IMG/VR virus record: IMGVR_UViG_3300030943_000011
Location: 1,739-65,738 of that record
Strand: one strand, 5' to 3'
From: a virus
Taxonomy: Duplodnaviria; Caudoviricetes
DNA: 64,000 nucleotides
The translations under genes were made by a program, and so were the position numbers. Below, piece by piece: positions 17,560 to 27,191 of the stretch (within the stretch, counting starts at the first letter, position 1; each line of letters starts with the position of its first letter). The notes under the pieces are model-generated. The model ran no database searches, was not told the DNA's origin, and saw only the letters and a program-made list of their open reading frames with translations.

Positions 17560-19691
17560 AAATCATATTTCTGATAGGTGTAAATAATGTGGGCGGTGCA
17601 GAATATGTTTCGTTTCAGCACGTAATGATGGCCAGTCGTAACGAAATGGATGTTACCGTACTGAGTGGAACTAAGGGGATGTTCTTTGACTTTATAAAGT
17701 CATCAGGAATAAAAATTGAAGTAATTGGAATGAATCCAAAATCATCTGTTATTGAATCCTACCTAAAAGATTGCGATGTGGTTTTTAACTGTAACTCGTT
17801 TGGTATTACCCAAACTGTGATCTCTCTCAAACAAAAATACGGATTCCGTTATCTGACTATTATACATAGCAACATCAACTGGGTGTATGATCAGATGCTT
17901 AAATATTACCAACACACCGACGGATTTTATGCAATACACCAAAAGATTGTCGATTCGTTTGTGGCTAAGGGCGTGATGCATATCCGAAAGTTTACAGTTA
18001 TACCCAATTGTGTGGATGCCAAACTGGTCGGTAAAAATTTGGAACGTAGAGAGGCCGTTCGCGAAAAGTTTGGATTTGATAAAGACGATTTTGTGATTGG
18101 CATGATTACCCGAATCGCCCAGGATAAAAATACAATGGATGCACTTAAAATACTGAAAGGATTGCCCGCGAGTATTCAATCTAAACTATTCATTATAGGT
18201 GGTGCTGCCGATAATGCCTCAAGCATTGACTATGAGCGCCGAATTGTAAAACAAATTAAAGAACTTGGTTTGACAGGCCGGGTGATCATCACGGGCAACG
18301 TAATTTCTGAACAGGTATATGAGCTGATGCAAGCTTTTGATATCGGTTTAAATTGTTCGCCATCTGAAGGGTTACCCATTGCCTTGCTTGAAATGATGGG
18401 CGCAGAAATACCTTGTATAATGCCCTCGCTCGGTGAAATTACAGAGGTTTTGGATTCAAGCCGCGGACTTATCGTGTGGATAAGGCAACGACTGGATATA
18501 GGTGAAATTTTGGCTGAACCGTGTTACGATGATTACGAGATTCAAAACTTCAGATATGGTATTTCGCTGCTTCACAGCCATAAATCGCTTCGTGAAAATA
18601 TGGGCGTCAATGCAGGTAAATACATTTTGGAACATCGCAACCTGGTCATTCAGGAAAAAATGTTTTTGAAATTTATAGGCACCAGTCAGCCGGTTCTGGT
18701 ACCAAAAGTAAAACCAACAATAGAACAGCGCAAAATCAGTATGGCAGGAAGTGGATATACTGCGGAAACCGATGTTGTTTATGTGTTGGGCACCGGATCG
18801 CACTGGAACGACAACGAGCTCCGTTTTAGTTTGCGCAGTCTGGCCAGTAACCTTAATGGAATTAGAAATGTGTTTGTGGTTGGAGCAAAACCCAAATTTT
18901 TACAGAATATAATTCACATCCAAGCTAACGATGAATTTGAGCCCGCCAAAAATGCCGATGGAAACATTATTCTAAAAGTATTAAAGGCTTGCGCCGACGA
19001 ACGGCTATCAGATAATTTTCTGTTTATTAACGACGATCACCTGATACTGGATCCAATTGAAATTTTGGAAGTTCCGCAATTCCACAAAGGTGATATGAAA
19101 GATTATGATCGTGATTTTTGGAAATTGAATTTTTGGAGGGAAAGACTAAAACGAACCATGCATATACTGTATGATCGGGGGTTGACGACATTCAATTTTG
19201 ACTGTCATACACCCATGTTAATTAATAAAATACGGTTCGTTGAAATAATGAATAGCTTCAACTATGGCGCCGATATTGGCCTAACCATGAAAAGTCTGTA
19301 CGGAAATTCAGAAAATTCAAACTCAATAGTACAGCTTACCAACGAAAAGCAAACCATTTTTAAGAATTATACCCTTCAAGAATTGAACGAACGATTAAGT
19401 GCCTGTCGGTTCATGTCGTTCAACGACCAGGGATTGAATAACTCGCTAATTTATTGGTTATGGAGCAAATTTCCGAATCAGACAGAATACGAATCAGACG
19501 ACATTCAGGAAAAAATAATTGACGTTTACAGTTGGCTCGAAAGTTCGCGTGACTTTAAAGCAGGAATAGATCTGTTTAAAAAATACATGAAAGGCAATAA
19601 CCTGCTCGATTTATTCGAAGATGGTGAAACCCCACGATTACGGAAAAAATTGGAATATAAATTAGAAAGGATATTCGATGGCATCAAATGA
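17556..19691 (+). CDS. GT4 glycosyltransferase fused to Stealth-like phosphotransferase domain
   Basis: GGAE, VIPNCVD, EGLPIALLEMM (EX7E); then DVVYVLG...DNELRFSLRSL...FLFINDD. Confidence 0.85.
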   Translation: MKIIFLIGVNNVGGAEYVSFQHVMMASRNEMDVTVLSGTKGMFFDFIKSSGIKIEVIGMNPKSSVIESYLKDCDVVFNCNSFGITQTVISLKQKYGFRYLTIIHSNINWVYDQMLKYYQHTDGFYAIHQKIVDSFVAKGVMHIRKFTVIPNCVDAKLVGKNLERREAVREKFGFDKDDFVIGMITRIAQDKNTMDALKILKGLPASIQSKLFIIGGAADNASSIDYERRIVKQIKELGLTGRVIITGNVISEQVYELMQAFDIGLNCSPSEGLPIALLEMMGAEIPCIMPSLGEITEVLDSSRGLIVWIRQRLDIGEILAEPCYDDYEIQNFRYGISLLHSHKSLRENMGVNAGKYILEHRNLVIQEKMFLKFIGTSQPVLVPKVKPTIEQRKISMAGSGYTAETDVVYVLGTGSHWNDNELRFSLRSLASNLNGIRNVFVVGAKPKFLQNIIHIQANDEFEPAKNADGNIILKVLKACADERLSDNFLFINDDHLILDPIEILEVPQFHKGDMKDYDRDFWKLNFWRERLKRTMHILYDRGLTTFNFDCHTPMLINKIRFVEIMNSFNYGADIGLTMKSLYGNSENSNSIVQLTNEKQTIFKNYTLQELNERLSACRFMSFNDQGLNNSLIYWLWSKFPNQTEYESDDIQEKIIDVYSWLESSRDFKAGIDLFKKYMKGNNLLDLFEDGETPRLRKKLEYKLERIFDGIK

Positions 19692-20523
19692 AGTGAAACA
19701 GGAAGTATTGCAATGGATTTCCGATGGTTGCAATTACCAGGTTGGCGTAGCGCTCTACACGCAATATGGTAAGAATGTATTTCTGAAGCGTGATTTTCCG
19801 GCGCATCAGAACCGGTACTCCATCAAAATTATTTACGAACTGTGTAAATCGGTAGGACTCGATTACCAGCAGTTGAAAAGCACGAAGCAAATTCCTGAAG
19901 TAAAAACATCGCTCCCTTCGACACGCTCAGTGGGCGGAGCAATATTCAACGCATCGTTGCCTGAGCAGTCCCGAGTACTCGGGATGTCGAAGGCAGAACC
20001 ACCGGAAGGCATGCCTGAAACGATTGAAATACCCCGGATCGAAGAATACCCGCCTGTTGTTCGCCGTGTGATTGCTGAATATGCTGAAACGTTTCAGGAA
20101 CGCAGTAAAACGCACCGCATTATGAGCGAAATGCCCGATGGCAATAGTCAGGCATTAAAAACCAAACGCGCCCAGTTATTTGATATCGTTAAATCGCTTT
20201 CAGATCGCTTGCAGCTCTTATTCGATGTTCAGGAGGTTTATAAAAATACCGGATTCGTACCTACTGAAGCCGAGATTTGGCCAGCGCCCAAAGAAAACCC
20301 AAAAACTGAATTGCCCGATGATGTCGAGCAACTGAAGAAGATGAAAAAGAATCAGCAATCAGCCAATACGAAAGACCAAAGTCTGTTGGACTATCAGAAC
20401 GAAAAGCAGGGAGCTGTGAAACGCCCGATGCCCAACGGTCCTAAACGGATGAAGATTGAAAACCGGATTAAGGCCCGCCTGAAAATGATTGAAGAGATTG
20501 ATTATAAACTTTTAAAACTTTAA
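19678..20523 (+). CDS. Hypothetical phage protein with in-frame REP-like insert
   Basis: 281 aa, overlaps GT gene; N-terminus resembles GT C-terminus. Confidence 0.75.
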   Translation: MASNEVKQEVLQWISDGCNYQVGVALYTQYGKNVFLKRDFPAHQNRYSIKIIYELCKSVGLDYQQLKSTKQIPEVKTSLPSTRSVGGAIFNASLPEQSRVLGMSKAEPPEGMPETIEIPRIEEYPPVVRRVIAEYAETFQERSKTHRIMSEMPDGNSQALKTKRAQLFDIVKSLSDRLQLLFDVQEVYKNTGFVPTEAEIWPAPKENPKTELPDDVEQLKKMKKNQQSANTKDQSLLDYQNEKQGAVKRPMPNGPKRMKIENRIKARLKMIEEIDYKLLKL

Positions 20524-20526
20524 GCT

Positions 20527-20706
20527 ATGTGGCCACAAATTACATTATTGGTAATTTACTTGATAAAATTGATTATTAATATTATCAACGAAGGTGAACC
20601 AAGAAATGAACATTTCGATACTATGAATCAAATTATAAGGACAGCATTCGTTCTTTTTGTTTTGTATTGGGGTGGATTTTTTGATTGCTTCTTTAATAAG
20701 GTATAA
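20527..20706 (+). CDS. Small membrane protein (not in ORF track)
   Basis: MWPQITLLVIYLIKLII...LYWGGFF, 59 aa, two hydrophobic segments. Confidence 0.65.
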   Translation: MWPQITLLVIYLIKLIINIINEGEPRNEHFDTMNQIIRTAFVLFVLYWGGFFDCFFNKV

Positions 20707-20711
20707 ATTAA

Positions 20712-21056
20712 ATGGTTAATCAGTTCCACCGAAAGAGAACTGAAATATATATAAATACACATAGAATGATTTACTTAAGAATTATTGAGAAATGTCGAAA
20801 AGACGAAGGTTCAAAATTTGACAAAGTAACGGAAGATTTTGAACTTGGAAGTTGTCATTCATTGCTTGTAAAAGGTGAGACAAGCGAGTTTGAAGATGAA
20901 ATGGAAAATCATTTTCCAGAAACATCCCACGAAGGAATAAGAGCACTACTATGCGCTGAAAACGGTTCTCATTTTTTCATTCGAGAAGTAACGCCTTTTG
21001 AGCAGCAGGAGTATTATCTTATGGGAGAAACTGGGAAAACGTATGGAAGATTGTAA
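20712..21056 (+). CDS. Hypothetical phage protein
   Basis: 114-aa ORF, start uncertain. Confidence 0.6.
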   Translation: MVNQFHRKRTEIYINTHRMIYLRIIEKCRKDEGSKFDKVTEDFELGSCHSLLVKGETSEFEDEMENHFPETSHEGIRALLCAENGSHFFIREVTPFEQQEYYLMGETGKTYGRL

Positions 21057-21100
21057 ATTAAATCTGGGCAGGGGCAAAACCCTGCCATTTTAGAACTTAT

Positions 21101-21697
21101 ATGCTAACTAATACATATTTACATCAGCCGGATCGAGATAATACCACTTATCCGCCTCTAGGAGCAAAACCCGATTCAGTTGGATTAGTTTGCCTAAATG
21201 GAGCATCAGTATTTGTGGCCGATGATGAACGAAACCTAAGCAAAGCCATTGGGCAGCTTGCCCCCGGGGAAACAACCCATTTTTACAGCTGGGGAAACTT
21301 TAACCTGGTGCGGCTAATTGTGTTCATTCTGAAACAAACCGGTCCGGCTCATTGCTTCATGACTTCATACAGCTTCAGCCAGAAAAGCATTGAGCAGCTG
21401 CAGCACCGAATAGAGAAAAAGGAATTGTTGTCGTTCAGGGTAATCATCGATAACCGGGTACGGAGCATGAGCCCAAAACCCTTCCAGATGCTCACGGAGA
21501 GCTTTAATTACCGTTGTACTTCGGTACATGCCAAAGTAGCACTGATATGGAACGAAAACTGGAAGATTTGCATCACTACCAGCCAGAATGCAACCGATAA
21601 CCCCAAACTGGAACGGGGCACGATTTTTACCGATGCTGAAGTTTTTGAATTTGACTTAAAAGTACTTGAAAATGAATTTGAACGAGGAACAACTTAG
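21101..21697 (+). CDS. Phospholipase D-superfamily (HKD-like) protein
   Basis: VHAKVALI...TTSQNATDNPKLE. Confidence 0.7.
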   Translation: MLTNTYLHQPDRDNTTYPPLGAKPDSVGLVCLNGASVFVADDERNLSKAIGQLAPGETTHFYSWGNFNLVRLIVFILKQTGPAHCFMTSYSFSQKSIEQLQHRIEKKELLSFRVIIDNRVRSMSPKPFQMLTESFNYRCTSVHAKVALIWNENWKICITTSQNATDNPKLERGTIFTDAEVFEFDLKVLENEFERGTT

Positions 21698-21956
21698 CAT
21701 GGTGGAGGAAATGGCAGGACTGTTTTTTCCTCCGGAAATGATAGCTATAAATCTGGAACTCGATGAAGATGATACCGCCAGATTCATTATAAATGTGCAA
21801 ATCAATACCACATCAATGCCAATTGTAGCTGCATATTACAAAGGCAGGCTCCAGTCTGAAATTGAACTTCGAAAATCGATTAAGCAATCGGCTAATAATG
21901 GATCCAGTCCGAGCCAGCAAATGATGTTAAACTTTAAACGGGAAAGTACAAGATGA
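21666..21956 (+). CDS. Small helical protein upstream of terminase
   Basis: 96 aa, homologous to 9551-9865. Confidence 0.65.
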   Translation: MKMNLNEEQLSMVEEMAGLFFPPEMIAINLELDEDDTARFIINVQINTTSMPIVAAYYKGRLQSEIELRKSIKQSANNGSSPSQQMMLNFKRESTR

Positions 21957-22147
21957 GTAAAAAACAGATTTTTATCAATTGGCTTATTTTAGTTGCATTA
22001 TCCTTAATTGAGGACATGATCAGAAATAGAGTAAGCCTATATTGGCTCTTAACTCATTTGATAAATTGTTTCCTTGCAGTTCAAATAGTTAGATTATTGA
22101 AATTTACATATTCTAAAATTAAAGAAAGATGTCACGCACAGCGTTAG
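21953..22147 (+). CDS. Small membrane protein
   Basis: 64 aa, two hydrophobic stretches, overlapping neighbours. Confidence 0.5.
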   Translation: MSKKQIFINWLILVALSLIEDMIRNRVSLYWLLTHLINCFLAVQIVRLLKFTYSKIKERCHAQR

Positions 22148-22722
22148 AAGATACTAACTACGAACTGATCAAAGCGCATGTCCTTGATCCGGATACTTCT
22201 CCACTTTCACCCGAAAAGAAGGAAATGCTGGAGCGTGTAGTTTCGGCTTCAAAAATTCTGGATAAAAACCCCATCCAAAAGCAGGCAGTTGCCATCCATC
22301 AGCAGAAATACCCGCACATTAGCAGGGCACAGGCTTACGAAGATCTTCGCTTTGCTGTTCGTTTATTCAATACCCTGCATACCTTCGATTACGATTTATG
22401 GCGAAACTGGATATTGAGCGATATTGTAAAAAACATCGATAAATGTCGCAATGCAGAATCTGAAAAAGATCGGCGTGTAATTGCCATGGAGCATGCCAAC
22501 CTGATTAAAATACTTGGTGAAAAGCCAACAGAACTTCCAGATCCAAAACGCACCGAAAAACATCAGTTCTATATTTTGATCCAAAACGATAACCGAAAGG
22601 TAAAAATTGACATCAATAATCTGAAGGACTTACCCGAATCGGCACTTCGCGAACTTAACCGGGCAATTTACGGCGGTAACGAAATCACCGAAGCCGATGC
22701 CGAAGAAATATTGAACACATGA
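22129..22722 (+). CDS. Putative terminase small subunit
   Basis: Helical 197-aa protein overlapping terminase large subunit start by 4 bp. Confidence 0.6.
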   Translation: MSRTALEDTNYELIKAHVLDPDTSPLSPEKKEMLERVVSASKILDKNPIQKQAVAIHQQKYPHISRAQAYEDLRFAVRLFNTLHTFDYDLWRNWILSDIVKNIDKCRNAESEKDRRVIAMEHANLIKILGEKPTELPDPKRTEKHQFYILIQNDNRKVKIDINNLKDLPESALRELNRAIYGGNEITEADAEEILNT

Positions 22723-24437
22723 TAACCGAACTGATTGAACTAAACGGTCCACAACAATTATCGGTTATCAACGATGCCAAAAACGAAGTTGATATAGAGG
22801 GTCGTGGTACCGGGAAATCGTATAAAATTGGATGGGAGATTAACCAGATCGTTCGAAATATGCCACGATCAATCTCTTCCATCACTGGCCGTACTTATGG
22901 TCAGATTTATACTCGAACCTTACCATCAACACTTAAGTTTCTTGAAAAATTGGGTTATGAGAAGGATAAAGACTTCAAAATTGGCGGACAACCCGATAAA
23001 AGGCTTGGTTTTGCTGAACCTTATGAGAAAGTAACCAAAAAAGGCTTCGAAAACTTTATTTCCTTTTCGAATGGTACCGGGTTCATGATGTTATCGCAGG
23101 AACGCTCCGGATCTTCCCGTGGTCCCAATCTCGACCGTGAAATTGTTGATGAAGCCCTTACCTTGAATAAAGAACGCTACGACGAAGAAGTATCGCCAGC
23201 CAACCGTGGAAACGAAGAACATTTTGGCTTCAAAGCTCCAAAACGCATCAAACAGCATCACGGATTCAGGTATGTTTCGTCAATGCCTTATACCCGCGAA
23301 CAAATGTGGTTGCTCCGATACGGCGATTATTACATGGCTGAAGCTGGAATCCCTATTTTCGACATCTGGAACCGTATCGTAAAGCTCCAGTTACAAGTGA
23401 TCGAAGCTGCTATTGCTGAAGATAAACGTTTGTTTAAAGATATCTGGAACGAAACAGTCAGGCTGAAAAAGCAGATTGCGCCATTCGTTTCGAAAGATGG
23501 GTTACTGTTTACCTTGGCTAATGCATTCGACAACGTGCAGAACCTGGGCATGTCGTATATCATCCGGGAATACAAAAAACAAAGCCTGCTCACCTTCATG
23601 ATCGAGATCCTGAACTGGATCATCGATAAAGTAGAAGACTGCTATTATCCACTCGATAGCCAAAGGCACATCTATTACGATGCGTATAATGATGATTTCA
23701 TTCGTGGAGTTGCTGAGAATAGCAATTGGGATGCTGATCAACTATCAACATCTGATTGCCGCTTTGATTTGGACTGCGATCCTAATCGTCCACTGGAGAT
23801 AGTTCCCGACTGGGGAGCAAAGATCAATCTATTCAGTATTGGTCAGGAGCGAAACTATAATTTTGCCACAAAGATGGTTGAGCCAGTTGATTGTGTGATA
23901 AATGAATTCAGCATAAAGCCTCAGGATGCAAGGAGCGTACCCGTTGACGATCTGGTCGATATGTTCTGCGATTACTACAAGGAACATCCATGCAGAGACT
24001 TAATGTACTTCAGGGATAGATACGGAGATCATCGCCAGCCTAACGTAAAGAACTCAAAGCCATATAACGAGCAAGCAATTGAACGACTGGAGAAGCGCGG
24101 ATGGAGAGTAACAGCAAGAGTACACAGAGGAATGGAACCACCACAGCACGATAAGTATCTGTTGTGGTCAAACATCTTAAAAGGAAATGATCCACGCTAT
24201 CCAAAGGTGATCATCAATGGTCGTAACTGTAAGTACACTATCATATCAATGAACAATACTCGTGTAATCGAGAGAGATGGTAAGTTTGACAAGGATAAAT
24301 CATCAGAGCGTAAGGACACGATCCTGCCCGAAGAAGCTACACACTTCGGCGATGCTGTCGATAAACGCATCTGGACAAAGTATGGTGAAATACTTTATCG
24401 TTCAGGTAACTCCACATTCGTAAGCCCAAGACTTTAA
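22719..24437 (+). CDS. Terminase large subunit
   Basis: Walker A GRGTGKS, RGPN..IVDEA Walker B, SS coupling motif, nuclease DWG and HFGDAVD. Confidence 0.9.
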   Translation: MITELIELNGPQQLSVINDAKNEVDIEGRGTGKSYKIGWEINQIVRNMPRSISSITGRTYGQIYTRTLPSTLKFLEKLGYEKDKDFKIGGQPDKRLGFAEPYEKVTKKGFENFISFSNGTGFMMLSQERSGSSRGPNLDREIVDEALTLNKERYDEEVSPANRGNEEHFGFKAPKRIKQHHGFRYVSSMPYTREQMWLLRYGDYYMAEAGIPIFDIWNRIVKLQLQVIEAAIAEDKRLFKDIWNETVRLKKQIAPFVSKDGLLFTLANAFDNVQNLGMSYIIREYKKQSLLTFMIEILNWIIDKVEDCYYPLDSQRHIYYDAYNDDFIRGVAENSNWDADQLSTSDCRFDLDCDPNRPLEIVPDWGAKINLFSIGQERNYNFATKMVEPVDCVINEFSIKPQDARSVPVDDLVDMFCDYYKEHPCRDLMYFRDRYGDHRQPNVKNSKPYNEQAIERLEKRGWRVTARVHRGMEPPQHDKYLLWSNILKGNDPRYPKVIINGRNCKYTIISMNNTRVIERDGKFDKDKSSERKDTILPEEATHFGDAVDKRIWTKYGEILYRSGNSTFVSPRL

Positions 24438-24973
24438 TCTCATGCAGCACATCCGTTAACCAACGGATAAGCTGCTTCATGCTAGGTATCAACCCATCAT
24501 CCTTATAAGTTGATGTATACAGGACTGCCCTTGCCTGTAATTCATAGAATAGGACTAACCCATCACACATAGGACTGCGCGTGAGATTCACCACAGCGCG
24601 TATTACCACGCACCACCCAGCGCCTCATATTTGCTTGAAATCTGGCCTCTTTTCTGCTCGAAAGGTTAGGGCGAGTTCGGCAACGCAGAGGCAAATAAAA
24701 ACGTTTCAGCGTTTTTATTTGCATAATGTTATAGGATTCAGAAGTTTACACGAAAATAAACTGGATAGAGTCAAACTTATACTCTACGCTTTTTCTTGGA
24801 AGAAAAAGCGACCAAAAAGAACCTTGCGCCATCCGTTTTGCAAACGTCTGAATTTTCAGGGACCAGCTTCGCTCCTAAAAATTTTGCGCAGTTCTTTTCT
24901 CTGATTTTGCTACTTAGATTTTCCGCAAGGCACCAGAGAAAAGAACCAAAAGAGACTGCCAACTTATAGGCAT

Positions 24974-25003
24974 AAAAAAACCCGGCTACTCACCGGGTCT
25001 TTT
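24974..25003. terminator. Bidirectional intrinsic terminator
   Basis: aaaaaaacccgg ctactca ccgggtctttt. Confidence 0.7.
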
Positions 25004-25021
25004 ATTTCGTTCGTAATTTTA

Positions 25022-25207
25022 TTACTGAATATCTCTTAAAGCTTCAATCTGCTTTTTCAATTTCACAACATATTCTTTCATTGCAATTTCCAGACAGTTT
25101 CCTTTCTTTAAATCAATACCAGTAATGGTTTCAAACTCCTTAAGAGTTTTTTCAAACTCTTTAATATTATCCTCTTCTGCCTGAAAATTAATGTTTTTCT
25201 TTACCAT
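25022..25207 (-). CDS. Small putative DNA-binding (RHH-like) protein
   Basis: 61 aa, KNINFQ strand then helices; ends at terminator. Confidence 0.5.
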   Translation of the reverse strand: MVKKNINFQAEEDNIKEFEKTLKEFETITGIDLKKGNCLEIAMKEYVVKLKKQIEALRDIQ

Positions 25208-25316
25208 GATATACGTATTTTATAATCACAAATATAATATAAAAGAATTTTATTATACAACTAATATTTTTCTTTTATTTTCTTGATTTGTAAAGAAATT
25301 AAAATACATTTGTATA

Positions 25317-25560
25317 ATGTTTGAAATTAAACCAATGGAATATATTATATCCAAAACCTGTCGTATTTGTAATATAGAAAAGCCAATTGACAATTTCTAT
25401 AAGACCAAAAAAAATACTGATGGTTATTTCAACTCATGTAAGGAATGCGATAAAGAAAAGAGCAAGCAATGGGCTTTGAATAATCCGAATAAAATAAAGG
25501 AAAGAAAGCAAACTAATAAATATAAAGAGGCTCACCGACTTAGATCCGCAGGGCAGCGGT
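25317..25560 (+). pseudogene. Zinc-finger N-terminus of HNH-type endonuclease, apparently truncated
   Basis: KTCRICNIEKPIDNFYK...GYFNSCKEC then runs out of frame into radC-like gene; no nuclease domain seen. Confidence 0.5.
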
Positions 25561-25567
25561 GCAACGA

Positions 25568-26041
25568 ATGCAAGCAAATTTATTTACCACGGTACCAATG
25601 TACAATTCAACTTTGGCCGAAATCGAAATCACGTATAAACCAAAGTACAAAGCATCCGAATTACCAAAGGTTGTTACTTCATCCGATGGTTATGCCTGTC
25701 TGAAAGATGTTTTTCCAAGTCTCGACTACCGTGAATTCTTTTACATACTATGCTTGAACCGGAATAACAAAGTGCTGGGTTACTGCCAGATTTCAGTGGG
25801 CGGCATTTCCGGAACAATGGCCGATGTGAAAATAATCATGCAAACTGCGCTGAAATCCAACGCCTGTAGCATAATTCTCGCACACAATCATCCGTCAGGG
25901 AACCTGATACCCAGCGAAGCCGATAAAGATCTGACGAAGAAGATCAGGGAAGCCGGTAAAGTTCTCGATATCCCGGTACTGGATCACCTGATTCTTACAT
26001 CAGAATCTTACTTCTCATTTGCCGACGAAGGCTTGATGTAA
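25568..26041 (+). CDS. RadC-like JAB domain protein
   Basis: REFF, IILAHNHPSGNLIPSEAD, VLDHLIL, YFSFADEG. Confidence 0.93.
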   Translation: MQANLFTTVPMYNSTLAEIEITYKPKYKASELPKVVTSSDGYACLKDVFPSLDYREFFYILCLNRNNKVLGYCQISVGGISGTMADVKIIMQTALKSNACSIILAHNHPSGNLIPSEADKDLTKKIREAGKVLDIPVLDHLILTSESYFSFADEGLM

Positions 26042-26050
26042 AAAAAACTC

Positions 26051-26800
26051 ATGGAAAAACAGAAAAGCTTTGCCCAGTACATGCAGCAGTTAGCGCGTAG
26101 GAACAGCATCAGTAATGTATTCAGCGACTTTTTGGAAATGGCAGTTTGCGCCTTATCACTCGGGGCGATGGAAGACCGTTACCTAGAAATTGTACGGAAG
26201 TACGATAAACCGGAAGCGTACCTGATGGCTGAAGCATTTGGCGCACTGGTGATGGAAATGGATAACCACGGTGAAGGCTTGAAAGATGTTTTCGGCGAAT
26301 TCTTTATGGAGCATGTCTCACATGGTCACAATGGCCAGTTTTTCACACCAGAGCCAATCTGCGAAATGATGGCACGTATGACCGGCCCGATTGAAACCGG
26401 ATCCCGCGTATTAGATTGCGCCTGTGGATCGGGACGAACATTACTTGCCGCAGCAAAGATTAATCGGTTTGCATATTTCTACGGTGCAGATGTGGATAAG
26501 AACTGCTGTATGATGTGCCTGATCAACATGTGCCTGAATACAATGTTTGGAGAAGTTGCCTGGATGAACTCACTATCTAATCAGTTTTATGGTGCCTGGC
26601 AAGTAAAGGTTCATCCATCGGGAAAAGGACCATATATTGTTCCCATTACCGAATCAGAAAGCGTTATCGTACTAAAAATGCCCGAAAACGTAACGCAAAA
26701 ACCAAAAAGTGTAACGATTCCGGAATGGAACGAACTACCGTCTGATCTGTTTGACGATTTACTCACTCTGGTAAATACTCAACAGCTCACTTTATTCTAG
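26051..26800 (+). CDS. HsdM-like N6 methyltransferase-fold protein lacking motif IV
   Basis: GQFFTP and VLDCACGSGRTL present; no NPP(F/Y). Confidence 0.8.
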   Translation: MEKQKSFAQYMQQLARRNSISNVFSDFLEMAVCALSLGAMEDRYLEIVRKYDKPEAYLMAEAFGALVMEMDNHGEGLKDVFGEFFMEHVSHGHNGQFFTPEPICEMMARMTGPIETGSRVLDCACGSGRTLLAAAKINRFAYFYGADVDKNCCMMCLINMCLNTMFGEVAWMNSLSNQFYGAWQVKVHPSGKGPYIVPITESESVIVLKMPENVTQKPKSVTIPEWNELPSDLFDDLLTLVNTQQLTLF

Positions 26801-26818
26801 CCCTTCGGGGCTTTTTTT
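26799..26818 (+). terminator. Intrinsic terminator
   Basis: agccc ttcg gggct tttttt. Confidence 0.8.
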
Positions 26819-26836
26819 GTTCGCTAATACTTTTTC

Positions 26837-26872
26837 TGTCCTTTCTATACGCTGCCCTGCGCTATATCTTCG
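26837..26872 (+). promoter_or_regulatory. Late promoter motif copy 3
   Basis: TGTCCTTTC-N19-TATCTTCG before portal operon. Confidence 0.75.
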
Positions 26873-26903
26873 GTTCATCATTAATAATTCATTATTCAAA
26901 TAC

Positions 26904-27191
26904 ATGGCAGAAAAGCCCATCACCATCCGCCGTAACCTGGCGCTTAAAGAATACGAGGTTAAAGAAACACCCAACGGTAAGCAAGTTACCTTCTCACTCA
27001 AATTTGTGAAGAAAGACGGTGAACTGGTATTCATGCCCCGTGCCGTTGCTGCCGGGTTAAAAATGAACATGAAAGAAAACCGGATGCGCGGTGTACTTCC
27101 GGTTGATGCTCAGGGCGAAGGATGCGGACATGTTACTCCGGTGCACATCGACAGTTTAATTGAATGGAACGGTAAAAAAATACGAATGTAA
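26904..27191 (+). CDS. Hypothetical protein preceding portal
   Basis: ATG 26904 in A-rich context; TAATG coupling to next gene. Confidence 0.7.
   Translation: MAEKPITIRRNLALKEYEVKETPNGKQVTFSLKFVKKDGELVFMPRAVAAGLKMNMKENRMRGVLPVDAQGEGCGHVTPVHIDSLIEWNGKKIRM

Noticed and set aside
24337-24962. ORFs 24337-24609, 24581-24904 and 24777-24962
   Set aside because: No motifs or plausible initiation context; region looks non-coding
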